Source: Mobula hypostoma (lineage: Eukaryota). Taken from it: a DNA stretch of 64,000 bases. Positions 12,700 to 26,128 of the stretch are shown one piece after another; position 1 is the stretch's first letter; each line of letters begins with the position of its first letter. The notes beneath the pieces are model-generated. The model ran no database searches. It was given only the letters and a program-made list of their open reading frames with translations, and was not told the origin of the DNA. The DNA is taken from contig NC_086097.1 in the NCBI RefSeq assembly GCF_963921235.1, forward strand, positions 143,098,001-143,162,000. Reading direction: 5' to 3'. Position numbers and translations under genes: made by a program.

Positions 12700-13340
12700 A
12701 TAAAAGCCAGAAATAAAGCAGCTCTGATCTTCTGTCAGTGGTTGGAACTATAGGCCTTAGCTATATTTTCCTTTGCGTGAAGGTCCTCTAAGGGTCACAG
12801 GAGATTTTTCCGACAAGGTTCTCCCAAAGACTCACTCAACACCTGGTGAAACTGCCACTCCACGTTCATTCCTTGTGATTCTGATGAAGAAGTGCAAATT
12901 TTGGCAAAGCTCCACCACAAACAGACCTGTATTTTCAGCACACAAAAGTGTGGAATTTCACATCACAAGGGAGAAGGATCCCTCACCTGCACTGGGCTCA
13001 TACTAGTCAGCAAGAGGAAAATACTAATTTTGTATTGTATTTTCCAAATTCTTGGCTTTATTTAGCAACCTTGTGCAATACATTCTAGTTTGTACACCTT
13101 AATGCGGTGTGGGGGAGGTCTGAAGGTTCAGTGGCTTAGAACTTAATGTGTTAGTGTAGACTTAAAAGGATAAAAGCTTGAAGTAAACAAAAATGTTGGG
13201 TAATGGATATAAAGAGTAGGAGAATAGAAGTAATTGTATAGCTCTACTAAAGAGGCAGGACACGTATGACAGAACAAATTGCATTTGTTGTGTGATCCAT
13301 GATTGAATAATATTCAAAACACAAGTTTAAAAGTAACATA

Positions 13341-14100
13341 TACTCAGTGACTGCTTTATTACGTACCTCCTGTACTTAAAGCGGCTACTGAGTATATATT
13401 TGTGGTCATCTACTGCAGTAGCCCAGTGGTCCCCAACCACCAGGCTGCGAGGAAACGATATGATTTGGCGATATGAAACGATATATGCAGCTGCACCTTT
13501 CCTCATTCCCTGTCACGCACTGTTGAACTTGAACGGGCCCCCCCCCCACCCGCCCGGTCGGCCGGTCCGCAAGAATATCGTCAATATTAAACTGGTCTGC
13601 GGTGCAACAAAGATTGGGGACCCTTGCAGTAGCCCATTCACTTCAAGGTTTGAGATGTTGTGCACTCAGAGATGCTCTTCTGCACACCACTGTTGTAAGG
13701 TGTGGTTATTTGAGTTACTGTTGCCTTCCTGTCTGCTTTGACCATTCTGGCCATTCTCCTCTGACCTTTCTCATTAACAAAGTGTTTACACTCACAGAAC
13801 CGCTGCTCACTAGATGTTTCTGTTTTATGTGTCATTCTACAACCACCAGAGACCGTTGTGTGTGAAAGTCCCAGGAGATCAGCAGATTTTGAGATACTCA
13901 AATCACCCCATCAATCATTCCACAATCAAAGTCACTTAGATCACATTTCTTTCCCATTCTGATGTTTGGTCTGAACAACAACTGAACTTCTTGACCATGT
14001 TTGCATGTTTTTATGCATTAAATTGCTGCTGCATGATTGGCTGTTAGATATTTGCATTATAAGCAGCTGTACAGGTACACCTAACAAAGTGGCCACAGCG
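13341..14100 (-). mobile_element. Tc1/mariner deletion derivative
   Basis: Flanked by TA with TIRs of type cactcagtggccactttatta. ORF 13638..13901 (SISKSADLLGLSHTTVS...RRMARMVKADRKATVTQIT) is a Tc1 transposase HTH region. Confidence 0.85.
13424..13626. mobile_element. hAT (Charlie-like) MITE nested in the Tc1 element
   Basis: TIRs cagtggtccccaac / gattggggacccttg and a perfect 8-bp TSD CAGTAGCC (13416-13423 and 13627-13634). Confidence 0.9.
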
Positions 14101-14109
14101 TATTGTTAC

Positions 14110-15280
14110 AGACCTTTCAACCCAACTTTTCTACTTTGACCTGGATGTCTGTGCAAGCTATTTTCATTTGGCCTACATCCTTCTAGGTATTGTCTATTGA
14201 CGTACATGTCCAAATGCCTTTTAACCACTGTAATTGTATCTGCCTCTTCAGCTTCCTCTGTAGCACATTGCATTTACCCAACACCCCGAGTGAAAAGATG
14301 CTGCTCAGGTCCTTTTTAAATCTTAAACCCACGCCTGAAGTCTTTGTCCTCTAGTTTTGACTCTCCTATCCAGGAAAAGGATTGGGAAAATCCACTTTAC
14401 CAACCTTTTAGAATAGGGGTTCCCAACACAAGGTCCATAGTCCCCTTGCATAATGGTCCATGGCATAAAAAAGGTTCAGAACCCTTGCTCTATAAGGCCA
14501 TTTCTCAGCCGCCGATGCTCCAGGGTAAAAAGTCCCTGCCTTTCCAGTTTCTCCTTGTAACTCAAGTCTCTAGCTCTAGTAACATCTTTGTCAATTATTT
14601 TTTTCACCTTTTCCAGGATATCCTTCCCATTTCTGGGCAATGACAACCGCACACAATACTCCAAGAGTGGTCTCACCAATGACGTACACAGCTGTAACAC
14701 AATGTCCCAAGTCCTGCACTCAATATCTTGACCAATGAAGGCAAGTGTGACAAATACCTTCTTTATCAGCTTTTTAACTGTGTCATCCCTTTCAAGGAAT
14801 TATGTATCTGTGTCCCTTCATCTCTCTGTTGCACAATGTTATGCTGGGCTGTACTATTTACTCTGAATTTGATGTCCTGGTTTAACTGAGCAAAGTGCAT
14901 ACCTTGCAGTTGTCTGAGTTAAATTCTATCTGCCATTCCTTGGTCCACTTTTGCAGTTATCGGGATCCTGTTGCAATCTTAGATAATCTTCTTCATTGTC
15001 CACAATGCCCCTAAATTTGGCAATATCAAACTTACTAATCATATTTACAAGATAGTCATACAAATTGGTAAGACAGAAGACAACACTGGACCCTGCACTG
15101 ATTCCCGTGGCACACCATTGGTCACAGATCTCCTATCGAAATAATAATTTTCCTCTTCCACTCCTATCCTCTACCTCCTTTCGCCAAGCCAATATGCTAG
15201 TTCACCCTTGATTGCACATGATCTAATCTTCCAGAGTAGCCGATCAATGTAGGATCTTGTCAAAGGTCTGGCTAAACTTC
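14110..15280 (-). mobile_element. CR1 LINE 3' portion, old
   Basis: ORF 14476..14700 (LVRPLLEYCV...LSYKEKLERQGLFTLEHRRLR) and RT remnants further right. Confidence 0.8.
14414..14487. mobile_element. Tiny hAT-like MITE (~74 bp) inside the CR1
   Basis: Ends taggggttcccaac / ggttcagaacccttg. The flanks ttttagaa and ctctataa only partly match. Confidence 0.55.
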
Positions 15281-15774
15281 TGGTACTGCAACTTTGAGAC
15301 AAGTGCCTATTGTTTGACAGGATATTGACCGAAAAGATTAATCTTATTTCTCTCTTTAGATGCTGCCTGCTATGCTGAATATTTTGAGAAGTTATTGTTT
15401 TTATATCAAAATGAAAAATGGTAGAAATATATTGCTGATGCCACCTTGCTCTTTGAGGTACATTTCTGCTTCTCTATTTTCCTCATCTCTAGTTCACTTC
15501 TGTTCACTGAATTCTCCCTCACGCTGTCTTCCTAAGCCTCCCTTCCTGCCCGCCATTGGATTTGTTCTCCCTTGCTTCATTCTTGTACATCCATCTCACA
15601 ATCCCCTCTCCCCAAATCTTACCATCAGATCAGTATACAGAGATGACTGCATTTTCTATGCCCTACAAGTGGCCCAAGCTCTTGTGATAATATTTGCTTT
15701 AAAGGGTAAAAAATCCCAATGGTGGTGTTTAAGTTATTATTGATTAATGGTTTATCAAAAGTGCAATTGCATCA

Positions 15775-16078
15775 AACAGCATGGAAACATGCTGTTCAGC
15801 CCGTTGAGTTGGTGCTGACTTCAAACACTCATTTATACTAATTCTACTTTACTCTCCTCACATTCCCATTAACAGTCCTCATTTTCTTTCCACTTGGGGT
15901 GGGGGGGTGGCGGCGGGGAGTGTTGCACGTCTCTGGAATGCAGGACGAAATAAGAGCTCTCAGAGGAAAGCCACACAGTGCAAACTCCACTCAGAGAGCA
16001 GCAGAGGATAGTATTGAATCCAGGTCGATGGAGGAGCAAGGCAGGAGCTCCAGCTGCTGTGCCACAGTGCTGACCCCA
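15775..16078 (-). mobile_element. tRNA-derived SINE (HE1-like) with CR1-like tail
   Basis: Minus-strand head gtggcacagcag...gacctggattcaat (A/B boxes), core gtggagtttgca, tail gggctgaacagcatgtttccatgctg. Confidence 0.65.
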
Positions 16079-16380
16079 GGGTGTGAGGTCAAACACCCTG
16101 CCTCGCAATGCAAGTCAAACAGCCGCAGAGTGGGAAGTATGGCCAGTGACACTGGGGCAGGTGGTACCACTGAGACCATTCTCCCAGACTGGAATTGGCC
16201 GTGCTCCCAGTCAACTCTCAATTCACTGAACGATTTCTAGAAGACTGTTATATAGGCCACATCCAGTGACTAGCTGCAGTCCAGATGCAATCAGAGACAG
16301 AAGTCAGTGTATGGAAATAATATGAGCTCCCTTTGGAGTTGAGGCTGTGTGTTTCCAGTGTGAGAGTCAAGCCCAGAAAC

Positions 16381-16416
16381 AGGACACGGACACGGACACA
16401 CACACACACACACACA
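16381..16416. repeat. (GGACAC)3-(AC)n microsatellite
   Basis: Seen directly in the sequence. Confidence 0.9.
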
Positions 16417-16909
16417 ACTTTCAGTTCACATTAACCATGCAGGCACCTTGACACGATTACTTAATTTGTCCCACTTCCTCCTTGCAACATGACACCACAT
16501 TTTTTTTCTTTTGCAAGTGTATTTCCAATTCTCTTTTGAATCTGATTTCACCACCTTTTCAAATGGTGCACTCCAGATCTTAATAACATGCTGTATTTAA
16601 AAAAAAACAGCTTTTCTCCTTTTACCCTTTAGAAAAATTATCCTAAACTTTTAATCTCTCTTCATCAAGCTGCCTGCTGGCAGAGATAACTAGTTTTTTC
16701 CCCACTTTAGTCTTTACAAAACTCCTCATATTTTTAAGCCCCTGTTAATCTGCTCACCTTTAGGACAGAAAATTTCAGTGTTTCTCAACTTCCCACAAAG
16801 CTTCGTTCTGGCAGGTCTCCTCTATACCATCTCCAATACACAAGCTGATGACTAAACAGTAAACTATAAAGATTTAGAATTGAAGAGCAATGAATTCACA
16901 CTATACCAG

Positions 16910-17145
16910 AGATACATGAGATTCTGCAGATGCTGGAAATCTTGTGTGGAACACATACAAAATGCTGGAGGGAACTCAGCAGGTCAGGCAGCATCTACGG
17001 AAGGAAATAAACAGTCAAAATTTTGGGCTGAGACCTTTCATCAGGAGATCCTGTGAAGAGTCTTAGCGTGAAACATCAACTGTTCACCTTCCTCCCTATA
17101 CGCTGCCTGACCTACTCAGTCCTCCAGCATAGTGCGTATGTTGCC
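16910..17145. mobile_element. Penelope-derived fold-back element (two inverted pLTR arms)
   Basis: The left arm gcagatgctgg...tttcatcagga is joined by gat to an inverted arm cctgtgaagagtc...cctccagcat...gttgc. Confidence 0.8.
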
Positions 17146-17968
17146 AAAGTCATACTACATCACTGCTTACAAAGTGAAGGATTCCACTTACATTTCAACC
17201 AGCAATATCTAAAAGGTGTGACCTCACTCCTGTCCTCGCTGGAAGTTAAGGACACTTACAAATACGAGTCTAAACATTGAACATCAGTGGCACCATGTAG
17301 CTAGATGCACAATGTACAACTAATGTTCATGCCTCTAGGATAACTTGGGAATTCAATTCCCTCATCCTCCTTGGTCCCATGGTTAAGGAGGTCAATGATA
17401 GCACATTCACCATGATACTGACTGGGATCAGCTTACTCTGCGTAACCTGACTTCTGAAAGCCAAGCCTTTCTTCCTAAGGGTTGAACTTCAACCTCACCA
17501 ATTAGACAATCATACAATAAAAATAACTCATCCCTTTGAGAACACCATTCCATGTGTCTTGTAAGAGCTGTCTCTGCAGAATTCTCAAGAGTTCCCTCAC
17601 TGAACAAACCCAACTCTCCATTTTCCACCCCTTCTTTTAGAATGGGCCACTGGGATTAGGCTTCCTTATCAATAACTTGCCTCCAGACTGACCTGATAAC
17701 CTTTTGATCAAGACATTGAAAATCCCTGAGGCAGATTTTAATCAATTAAAATTATTAAGTCAAAAATGTCAATGTATTTTAAATACACTTATTATTAAGA
17801 GATGAAGTCATTATAAGGGAATTAAATAATCCAGGTCAGGAACATCATTTTGATTTATCAGATTGTGTGAGGTATGCTGACCATTGTTTGAAGGGGCAGA
17901 TCCACAGTATACTGAACCCTTCACTCAACATAACCATTGTTCCACCCTGGGCAATGTCGAGTGGAGGA

Positions 17969-18205
17969 TCATAAACATAAGAGATTCTGCAGATGGTAGC
18001 AATCCACAGCAGCACACATAGAATGCTGGAGAAACTTCGCAGGTCAGGCAGAATTTATGGAGAGGATAAAACAGTTGACATTTTGGGCCGAGATCTGATG
18101 AAAGGTCCTGACAAATAGTCTCAACCCACAACATTGACTATTTATTCCTCTCCATAGATGCTGCCTGACCTGCTGAGTTCCTCCAGCCTTTTGTGTGCGT
18201 TTCTG
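17969..18205. mobile_element. Penelope-derived fold-back element
   Basis: Inverted pLTR arms meet at gggccgagat-ctgatgaaag-gtcctgac. Confidence 0.8.
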
Positions 18206-18689
18206 TTGACCCCAGACGGCCAGAGGTGTAGTGCGTATCTGCACAGGACTCTGAGCAAGTGGTCCCAGGTTCTCCTGCATGTTGCATGTTCCAAGGCGTA
18301 ACATGCGGGCACAGTACTGTGAATGCACTAACCAATGCAATTGTGTTAACAGTGAGCTGGCTCTTGAACCGCCTACTGAGGAAGACATGACCTGGGCCAA
18401 ATAAATGGCGTTGTGAGAAACTAACTCAAAAGACAGAGTAACTTGTCTCAGGATGTGACTTATTTTTGAAACACACTGCATTGTTGTGCACCCCAGCCTT
18501 GGTTTGACACATACCCTCATGCCCAAACTGGATGACACATTAGGTTGTTTCAAAAAGCAATTGAGAATCAACCACACTGACATGAAACCAATTATTTGTA
18601 GGCCAAACGAAGCAATGTCAGCAAAATTGTTTCTTAACTTATAAAAGTCAGAATTGTTTTTATAACCTGACAACTTTGTTTTTTTTTGT

Positions 18690-21390
18690 TGAGAGATAGA
18701 GCACAGTAATGGGCCTTTAGAACTTAGAACATAGAAATTTAAAGCACATTACAGGCCTTTCGGCCCACAATTTTGTGCCGACCATGTAACCTACTCTAGA
18801 GACTGCCTAGAATTTCCCTAGCACATAGCTCTCTATTTTTCAAAGCTCCATGTATCTATCTAAGAGGCTCTTAAAAAACCCTGTTGTATCCTCTTCCATC
18901 ACTATCACTGGCAGTGCATTCCACGCACCCACCACTCTCTGTGTGGAAAAAGTTACCCCTGACACGCCCTCCATACCTATTTCCAAGCACCTTAAAACTA
19001 TGCCCCCTTGTGTTAGCCATTTCAGCCCTGGGAAAAAGCCTCTGGCTATCCACACGATCAATGCCCCTCATCATCTTATACACCTCTATCAGGTCACCTC
19101 TCATCCTCCGTTGCTCCAAGGAGAAAAGGCCAAGTACACTCAACCTATTCTCATAAGGTACGCCCTCCAATCCAGGCAACATATTTGTAAATTCCTCTGC
19201 ACTCTCTCGATACTATCCACATCCTTCCTGCAGTGAGGTGGCCAGAACTGAACACAGTACTCCAAGTGGGGTCTGACCAAGGTCTTATATAGCTGTAACA
19301 TTACCTCATTGCTTTTGAACTCAATCTAGGGTTGATGAAGGCCAACACACCATATGCCTTCTTAACAACACTGTCAACCGGTGCAGCAGCTTTGAGTGTC
19401 CTATCGACACAGACCCTAAGATCTCTCAGATTCTCCACACTGCCAAAAGTCTTACGTTTATATTATATTCTGTCTTCAAATTGGACCTTCCGAAATGAGC
19501 CACTTCACACTTACCTGGGTTGAAGTCCATCTGCCACTTCTCAGCCCAGTTCTGCATCCTATCGATGTTCTGCTGTAACCTCTGACAACCCAGAGGTTGT
19601 TAAAATCCACAACACTCCCAACCTTTGTGTCATCAGCAAGCTTACTAACCCACCCTTCTAATTCTTCATCCAGGTCATTTATAAAAATCACAAAGAGGAG
19701 GGGTCCCAGAACAGATCCCTGTGGAACACCACTGGTCACCAACCTCCATGCAGAATAGGAACCATCTACAACCACCTTTGCCTTCTGTGGGCAAACGAAT
19801 TTTGGATCCACAAAGCAAGGTCTCCTTGGATCCGATGCCTCATTACCTTCTGAAGAAGCCTTGCATGGTGAAACTTATCGAATACCTTACTGAAATCCAT
19901 ATAAACTACATCCACTGCTCTACCTTCATCAGTGTGTTTTGTTACATCCTCAAAGAAATCAATCAGGCTCGTAAGGCAAGACATGCCCTTGACAAAGCCA
20001 TACTGACTATCCCTAATCATATTATGTCTCTCCAAATGCTCAGAAATCCTGCCTCTCAGGATTTTCTCCAACAGCTTTCCCACCACTGAATTCAGACTCA
20101 CTGGTCTATAATTTCCTGGGTTATCTCTACTTACTTTCTTGAACAAGGGAACAACGTTTGCAACACTCCAATCCTCCGGTACTTCTCCCAACCCCATTGT
20201 TGATGCAAAGATTATCGCTAGAGGCTCAGCAATCTCCTCCCTCACCTCCCACAGTAGCCTGGGGTATATCTCATCTAGTCCCGATGACTTATCTAACTCC
20301 ATGCTTTTCAAAAGCTCCAGCACATCCTCTTTCTTAATGTCTGTATGCTCAAGCATTTCAGTCCGCTATAAGTCATCCCAACAACTGTCAAGGTCTTTTT
20401 CCCTGGTGAATACTGAAGCAAAGTATTCATTAAGTACCTCTGCTACCTCCTCCGACTCCATGCTCACGTTTCCACTATCACACCTGATCGGTCCTATTCT
20501 CACATGGCTCATCCTCTTGCTCTTCACATACTTGTAGAATGCCTTGGGGTTTTCCTTAATCCTGCTCACCAAGACCTTCTCATGGCCCCTTCTGGCTCTC
20601 CTAGTTCCTTTCTTAAGCTCCTTCCTAGCAACCTTGTATTTTTCTAGAGCTCCAACAGTAACTAGTTTCTTGAACCTTTCGTAAGCTTTTTTTTTCTTCT
20701 TAACTAGATTTTCTACATACTTTGTACACCATGGTTCTTTAACCCTACCATCATTTCCCTGCCTCAATAGACATACCTGTGCAGAACTCCATGCAAATTT
20801 TTCCTGAACATTTGCCACATTTATGCCGTGCATTTCACTGAGAACATCTGCTCCCAATTTATGCTCCCAAGTTCCTACCTAATAGCGTCATATTTCCCCC
20901 TAACCCAATTAAATGTTTCCCCAAATTGTCTGCTTCTATCCCTCTCCAGCACTATGGTGAAAGAGATAGAGTTGTGGTCACTACCTCCAAAATAATCTCC
21001 CACTGAGAGATCTGACACCTGACCAGGTTCATTTCCCAATACCAGATCAAGTACAGTCTCTTCTCTAGTAGGTTTATCTACATATTGTGTCAGGAAACCT
21101 TCCTGACCACACTTAACAAATTCCACCCCATCTAAACCCCTTGTGCTAAGGAGATGCTAATCAATATTAGGAAAGTTAAAATCTCCCTGGCCAAATGTTT
21201 CTGGCCTGGCGAACCCACGCCAGTCAGTTCCACCCATGTGACCAATTAACCTACTAACCTGTACATCTTTGGAATATGGGAGGAAATTGGAGCTCCTGGA
21301 GGAAACCCAGGTGGTCATGGGGAGAACATCCAAACTCCTTACAGACAGTGATAGAATTGAACCAGGTAACTGTTACACTACCATGTTGTC
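18690..21390 (-). mobile_element. tRNA-derived SINE split by the CR1 insertion (pieces ~18690-18717 and ~21200-21390)
   Basis: The SINE tail agatagagcacagtaatgggcctt continues after the CR1 as ctggcc...ttaacctactaacc...tttggaat.tgggaggaaa...ggggagaac..caaactcc. Confidence 0.65.
18718..21190 (-). mobile_element. CR1 LINE, 5'-truncated (~2.5 kb), endonuclease C-terminus to 3' tail
   Basis: ORFs 20875..21126, 20366..20857, 19766..20356 (PGNYRPVSL, QYGF, VDVVYMDFSK), 19476..19811 ([16 protein letters not shown]) and 18871..19182, with a (ttcta) tail. Confidence 0.95.
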
Positions 21391-22864
21391 CCTTTATTGA
21401 TACTAAACTTTTTTTAAAAATTGATTCAAATGATCAATGTTTGATGAAATCCGGACAAAAACATCCTGCATTATTAGTTTAGATCTCTAAATACTACATG
21501 GCCAAACTCCATTAATAAATGAGTGATTCAAAGTAAACCATTTGCTTATAAATTCAGCAGATGAAGGAACCTGTTTTATTTATAGTTTGTTTCTGCCCAC
21601 ATCCTGAAAATCTTTATTACTTTCAGAGTATATTAACAGCAACAACACATTTTGGAGGTTTAGATTTCAGAATATTTTACTCTTCTCCTGCCTTACATCT
21701 TCATTATGTTGAATTCAAGAATCTCTTCACCTACCTCATTCTCTCTGCACTACAATCCTTTAGGCAAGACATTAAGCCTGAACCTGTCCGATATGTGAAT
21801 TGTTTATGGCATCACACAAGGCAAAGACAACCTGCCCATAAGATACACAAAGACAAAATTACTGAAGTATTTCCTGGGGCAGTACGATCCCAGAATGTCT
21901 TCACAGAAAAGAAAAAAAAGCACTTGATAATGTTAGTCCTCACTACAAGTTCTTGTATTCAACAGCATAAAATAATATTTTGTGCATTTGGATTTTCTAA
22001 GTAAAACTTATAATGAAGCATGAGACGTTATGTCGCTCTTCACTCTCAGTGCAACCATGTCTTTTCATATCACAGATCCTTTGGTCAAGTTTTCACAGAG
22101 AAAAACAAAAGAAAAATATATAGCCTGACATCTAAATATCAGTCAATAGTTTTAAAGTTCTGTGCAATAAAAGGAATTGAATTTCTATTGCCATGTTTAC
22201 ATATTGGACATCACTAGAATGGTTGTTTGGATTGTTCACTTATGAAGTTTTTATTTCAGAGCAAACAGTCAGCTTTCAAGAGCTTTTCCATTATCATCAC
22301 TGCTAATTTTAGAATCAAACATTATTATCTGAGGAGACAGTAGAGATTTACGTTCTTCCCAATTTGTTAAACCTGGATGTTTCACTGCACAGTGGACCTA
22401 CGCCCAGGTTTAAGAAACAAGATGAGGTATTTGTAATGATTTAATCTCTTCATTAAACTGAAGTGCCTCAGGGGTTTACACAGTGAACAAACTCCCCAGG
22501 TCCTGCACTGAAGTGTCAGATGAGATCATGTACTCAAGTCTTGAAATGAACCTTGAACTCACGTCCTTCTAACTCAAGAATTGAGTGAATTATAACAAAG
22601 CCAAGATTGACAGAGAAATACATCTAACAACTAGGGACATACTTTAGTTATGTCTCATGTTTGATTCCCTCGGTGACTTAACTCTATAATCTTCTCCACC
22701 TATACTGAGTCATGAGGCACATTAGATATTATATTGATTTATCACATCATTTGGCTGAAGGTCCACACCTTAGTGTTAACTGCTGATTAATATGTTGGCA
22801 ACATACAGCAAAAGCAACAGCAAAATCCCAAACACTGGCAAACTGAACGACCAGTTGACCTGGA

Positions 22865-25430
22865 GACTCAAGAGACAACAGATGCTGGAATTTGGAGCAA
22901 CAAACAAACTGCTGGAAGCAAATCGTCATCATTTTGGGTCAAGATCCTGCATCAGGGCTGAGTGTAGAGCAGTATAAAGAGGTGATATCGGGTGGAAAGG
23001 AAGTGCCTGGCAGGTGATGGGTGGAACCAGGTGAGGAGGGAGATGATGGACAAATGGAACGAAGTGGGGAGGGATGGGGTCAGGAAACAGCGGGGTGGGT
23101 GACAGGTAGAAACTGATAGTGGGGATGAAAGGGGGAAGATAGAGCCATGTGGGGCAGCTCCAACAGAATCCCACAGCCAGTCACACATTCATCTCACCAC
23201 CGCTTTCTGTTTTCCACAGGAACCGGTTTCTCTGTGACTTCCTGGTTCACTTGTCCCTTCCCAACCACACCTCCACCTCCCTAGAAACTTTCCCCTGCAA
23301 CCCTAGGCAATGCAATCTCCTCCCTCACCACCATCTAGAACCCAAACAGCTTCTCCAGCTCAGGCATAAATTCGTGAGCACCACCTTGTCTACTGCATTC
23401 GGTGCTGTTGATATGGACTCTTATATGTTGGCAAGACCAGGTGTAGACTGGACAACCATTTCATGGAAAACTTGTTCCCTGCCCACGATGGCCATCCTGA
23501 CCTCCCTGTTGCATACCATGTCAACTCCTCCTTCCATTCCCACATGAACCTGTCCATCCTTAGCCTTCTCCACAGCCATGGTGAGGTAAACACAAACTAA
23601 AAGAATACTCCACATCTTAGATTGTTTGCAACCTAATTCCATGAACATGGAATTTTCCAACTTCTGGTAACCCACAGCTCCTGTGCTTTTTTCTCTCTCC
23701 TTCTGGTCTCTCCTTGCCCCAAATCACCATCTTCATTCCACCCCCCCATATGGTTTCATCTGCCATCGTGCTTCCATTTGTCATACGTATTAATTATCAA
23801 ATTCCATAATCTGCAGTATCTTGTTTCCACTTATCACCTTCCAGCCTCTTGTACCCATCTCTACCCTCCCTCCCCCACCTAGCTCCATCCACCCCCATTA
23901 CATTCCTCCTCACCTAGTTCAAGTTCAAATGTATTGTCATTCAATCATATACATGTATACCAACAAACGAAACTATGTTCCTCCAGGACAAGATGCACAA
24001 CACAGTTCATATAACTCAAACATAATACAAAGGTAATATACATCTGGAGAAGAAGGATGCTTATGTGAGAATGCTGTTCTTGGACTCCAGTTCAGCATTC
24101 AACACCATAATTCCATCCGGACTCAACAAGAAGCTCAGAGACCTGCCTTGTGCAGCTGGAGCCTATCAGATCGCCAGCAGATGGTAAGAGTGGGCTCCCT
24201 CACTTCTGGCCCTCTGACCCTCAACACAGGTGCCCCTCAGGGCTGTGTCCTAAGCCCCCTCCTTTACGTTCTGTATACCCATGACTCTGTCGCCACCCCA
24301 CAGCTCCAATCTGCTAATTAAATTTGGTGACGACACTACACTGATTGGCCTAATCTCAAATAATAATGAGGTAGCCTACAGAGAAGAAGTCATCACCCTG
24401 ACACAGTGGTGTCAAGAAAACAATCTCTCCCTCAATGTCGCAAAAACAAAGGAGCTGGTTGTGGATTACAGGAGGAATGGAGACAGGCTAACCCCTATTG
24501 ACATCAATGGATCTGGGGTTGAGAGAGTGAACAGCTTTAAGTTCCTCAGCATACACATCACTGAGGATCTCACGTGGTCTGTACATATCAGCTGTGTGGT
24601 GAATAAAGCACAACAGCACCTCTTTCACCTCAGACGGCTGAAGAAATTTGGTATGGGCCCCCAAATCCTAAGAACATTCTACAGGGGCACAATCGAGAGC
24701 ATCCTGACTAGCTGCATCACTGCCTGGTGTGGGAATCTGTACTTCCTTCAATTGCAGGACTCTGCAGAGAGTAGTGTGGGCAGCCCAGCGTGTCTGTAGA
24801 TGTGAACTTCACACTATTCAGGACATTTAGAAAGACAGGTGTGTAAAAAGGGCCCGTAGGATCATTGGGAAACCGAGTCACCCCAACCACAATCTATTCC
24901 TGCTGCTACCATCGGGGAAATTGTACTGTAGCTTAAAAGCCAGGACCAACAGGCTCCGGGACAGCTTCTTCCACCAGGCCGTCAGACTGATTAATTCATG
25001 CTGACACAACTGTATTTCTATGTTATATTGAGTGTCCTGTTGTACATACTATTTATTACAAATTACTATAAATTGTACATTGCACATTTAGATGGAGACA
25101 TAACATTAAGATTTTTACTCCTCGTGTACATGAAGGATGCTAGTAATAACATCAATTCAATTACCACAAATAAATTAACAAATTATAAGGTACATTCATG
25201 ACCCAAGTCAAAACGCAATAACAGTATACATTACTTGATGGGACCTTGGGAGTTCTGTCGTCTCACAGCCAACCTCTTGCCTGCCAGCCCTTGCTTCACC
25301 CCTCCCCAACACCTATACTGGGCACTCTCAGTCCTAATTCAGGGTCCTGACCTAAAATGTCAATTCTTCATTTGCCTCCACAGATACTGCTTGACCTGCT
25401 GAGTTCCCCAGCAATGTGGTTTCTGATCTG
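22865..25430 (+). mobile_element. Penelope-like element (inverted 5' pLTR, GIY-YIG remnant, 3' pLTR), interrupted at ~23916-25255
   Basis: Remnants FPCNPRQC, VYCIRC..GLLYVGKTRCRL..HF.E and NMEFSNF. The 3' pLTR resumes at ~25256 and ends with ctgcttgacctgctgagttccccagca. Confidence 0.8.
24043..25160 (+). mobile_element. Rex1/Babar LINE 3' fragment (RT)
   Basis: [40 protein letters not shown] and LNVAKTKELVVDYRR (ORF 24281..24799), followed by a 3' UTR. Confidence 0.9.
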
Positions 25431-25796
25431 TTAATGAACCAATTAAGACAGAAATGCTGAGATTATGAACAATTCTCAACTCTTGCTGTACATTTTGACC
25501 AAAGAAGTTTTTTTTAAAAGTAGGAAATCCAATATTCATCTCCACATTGACTGTTACATTGTAACTTTGGTTACCATCCTAATGGTGAGGTAATCTAAAA
25601 TTGGTGTCTTTTGGGGTTTTAGCATAAAGACCCAAGGTATGTTTTGCGAGCCTAGTTCTTTTTCTGTCAAGAAAGCTCCAGTGCTGCAACTTTGAGAGGT
25701 CAGATATAACAAAGAAGGTAAACTTGAGAATGAAGTCTTTGAAGTGAAACCGCAGAGAATATGGGCCTTGTGTAGGAAGGAAGGCCTGGTTTGGTT

Positions 25797-26128
25797 AGGA
25801 CATCTTCAAAAACTGATACCTCAAGAACGGATCTATCGTTAGGGACTGCCACCATTCAGTACATGTCCTCTCCTCATTTCTACCATCAGGGGGAGGTACA
25901 GGAGCCCGAGGATGGACACGAGGTGTTTTTGGAGCAGCTGCTTTCCCTCCACCATCAGACCTCTGAACTGCCCATGAACCCATCAACACTACCTCATCAT
26001 TCTGCTCTCCTTTGGCAGTATTTATTTAATGTTCCTTATTCGAACCCATCGTGTTTTTTTTTGTCTGCTGCTGCAAAACAACCAATTTGACGACATATGT
26101 CAGTGACAATAAACCTGATTCTGATTCA
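25797..26128 (+). mobile_element. Rex1/Babar LINE 3' end, old
   Basis: LPSG.RYR remnant and tail gacaataaacctgattctgattc. Confidence 0.7.

Noticed and set aside
18044..18673. 209-aa minus-strand ORF
   Set aside because: It has a non-ATG start and no recognisable domain, and it ends inside a PLE fold-back repeat.
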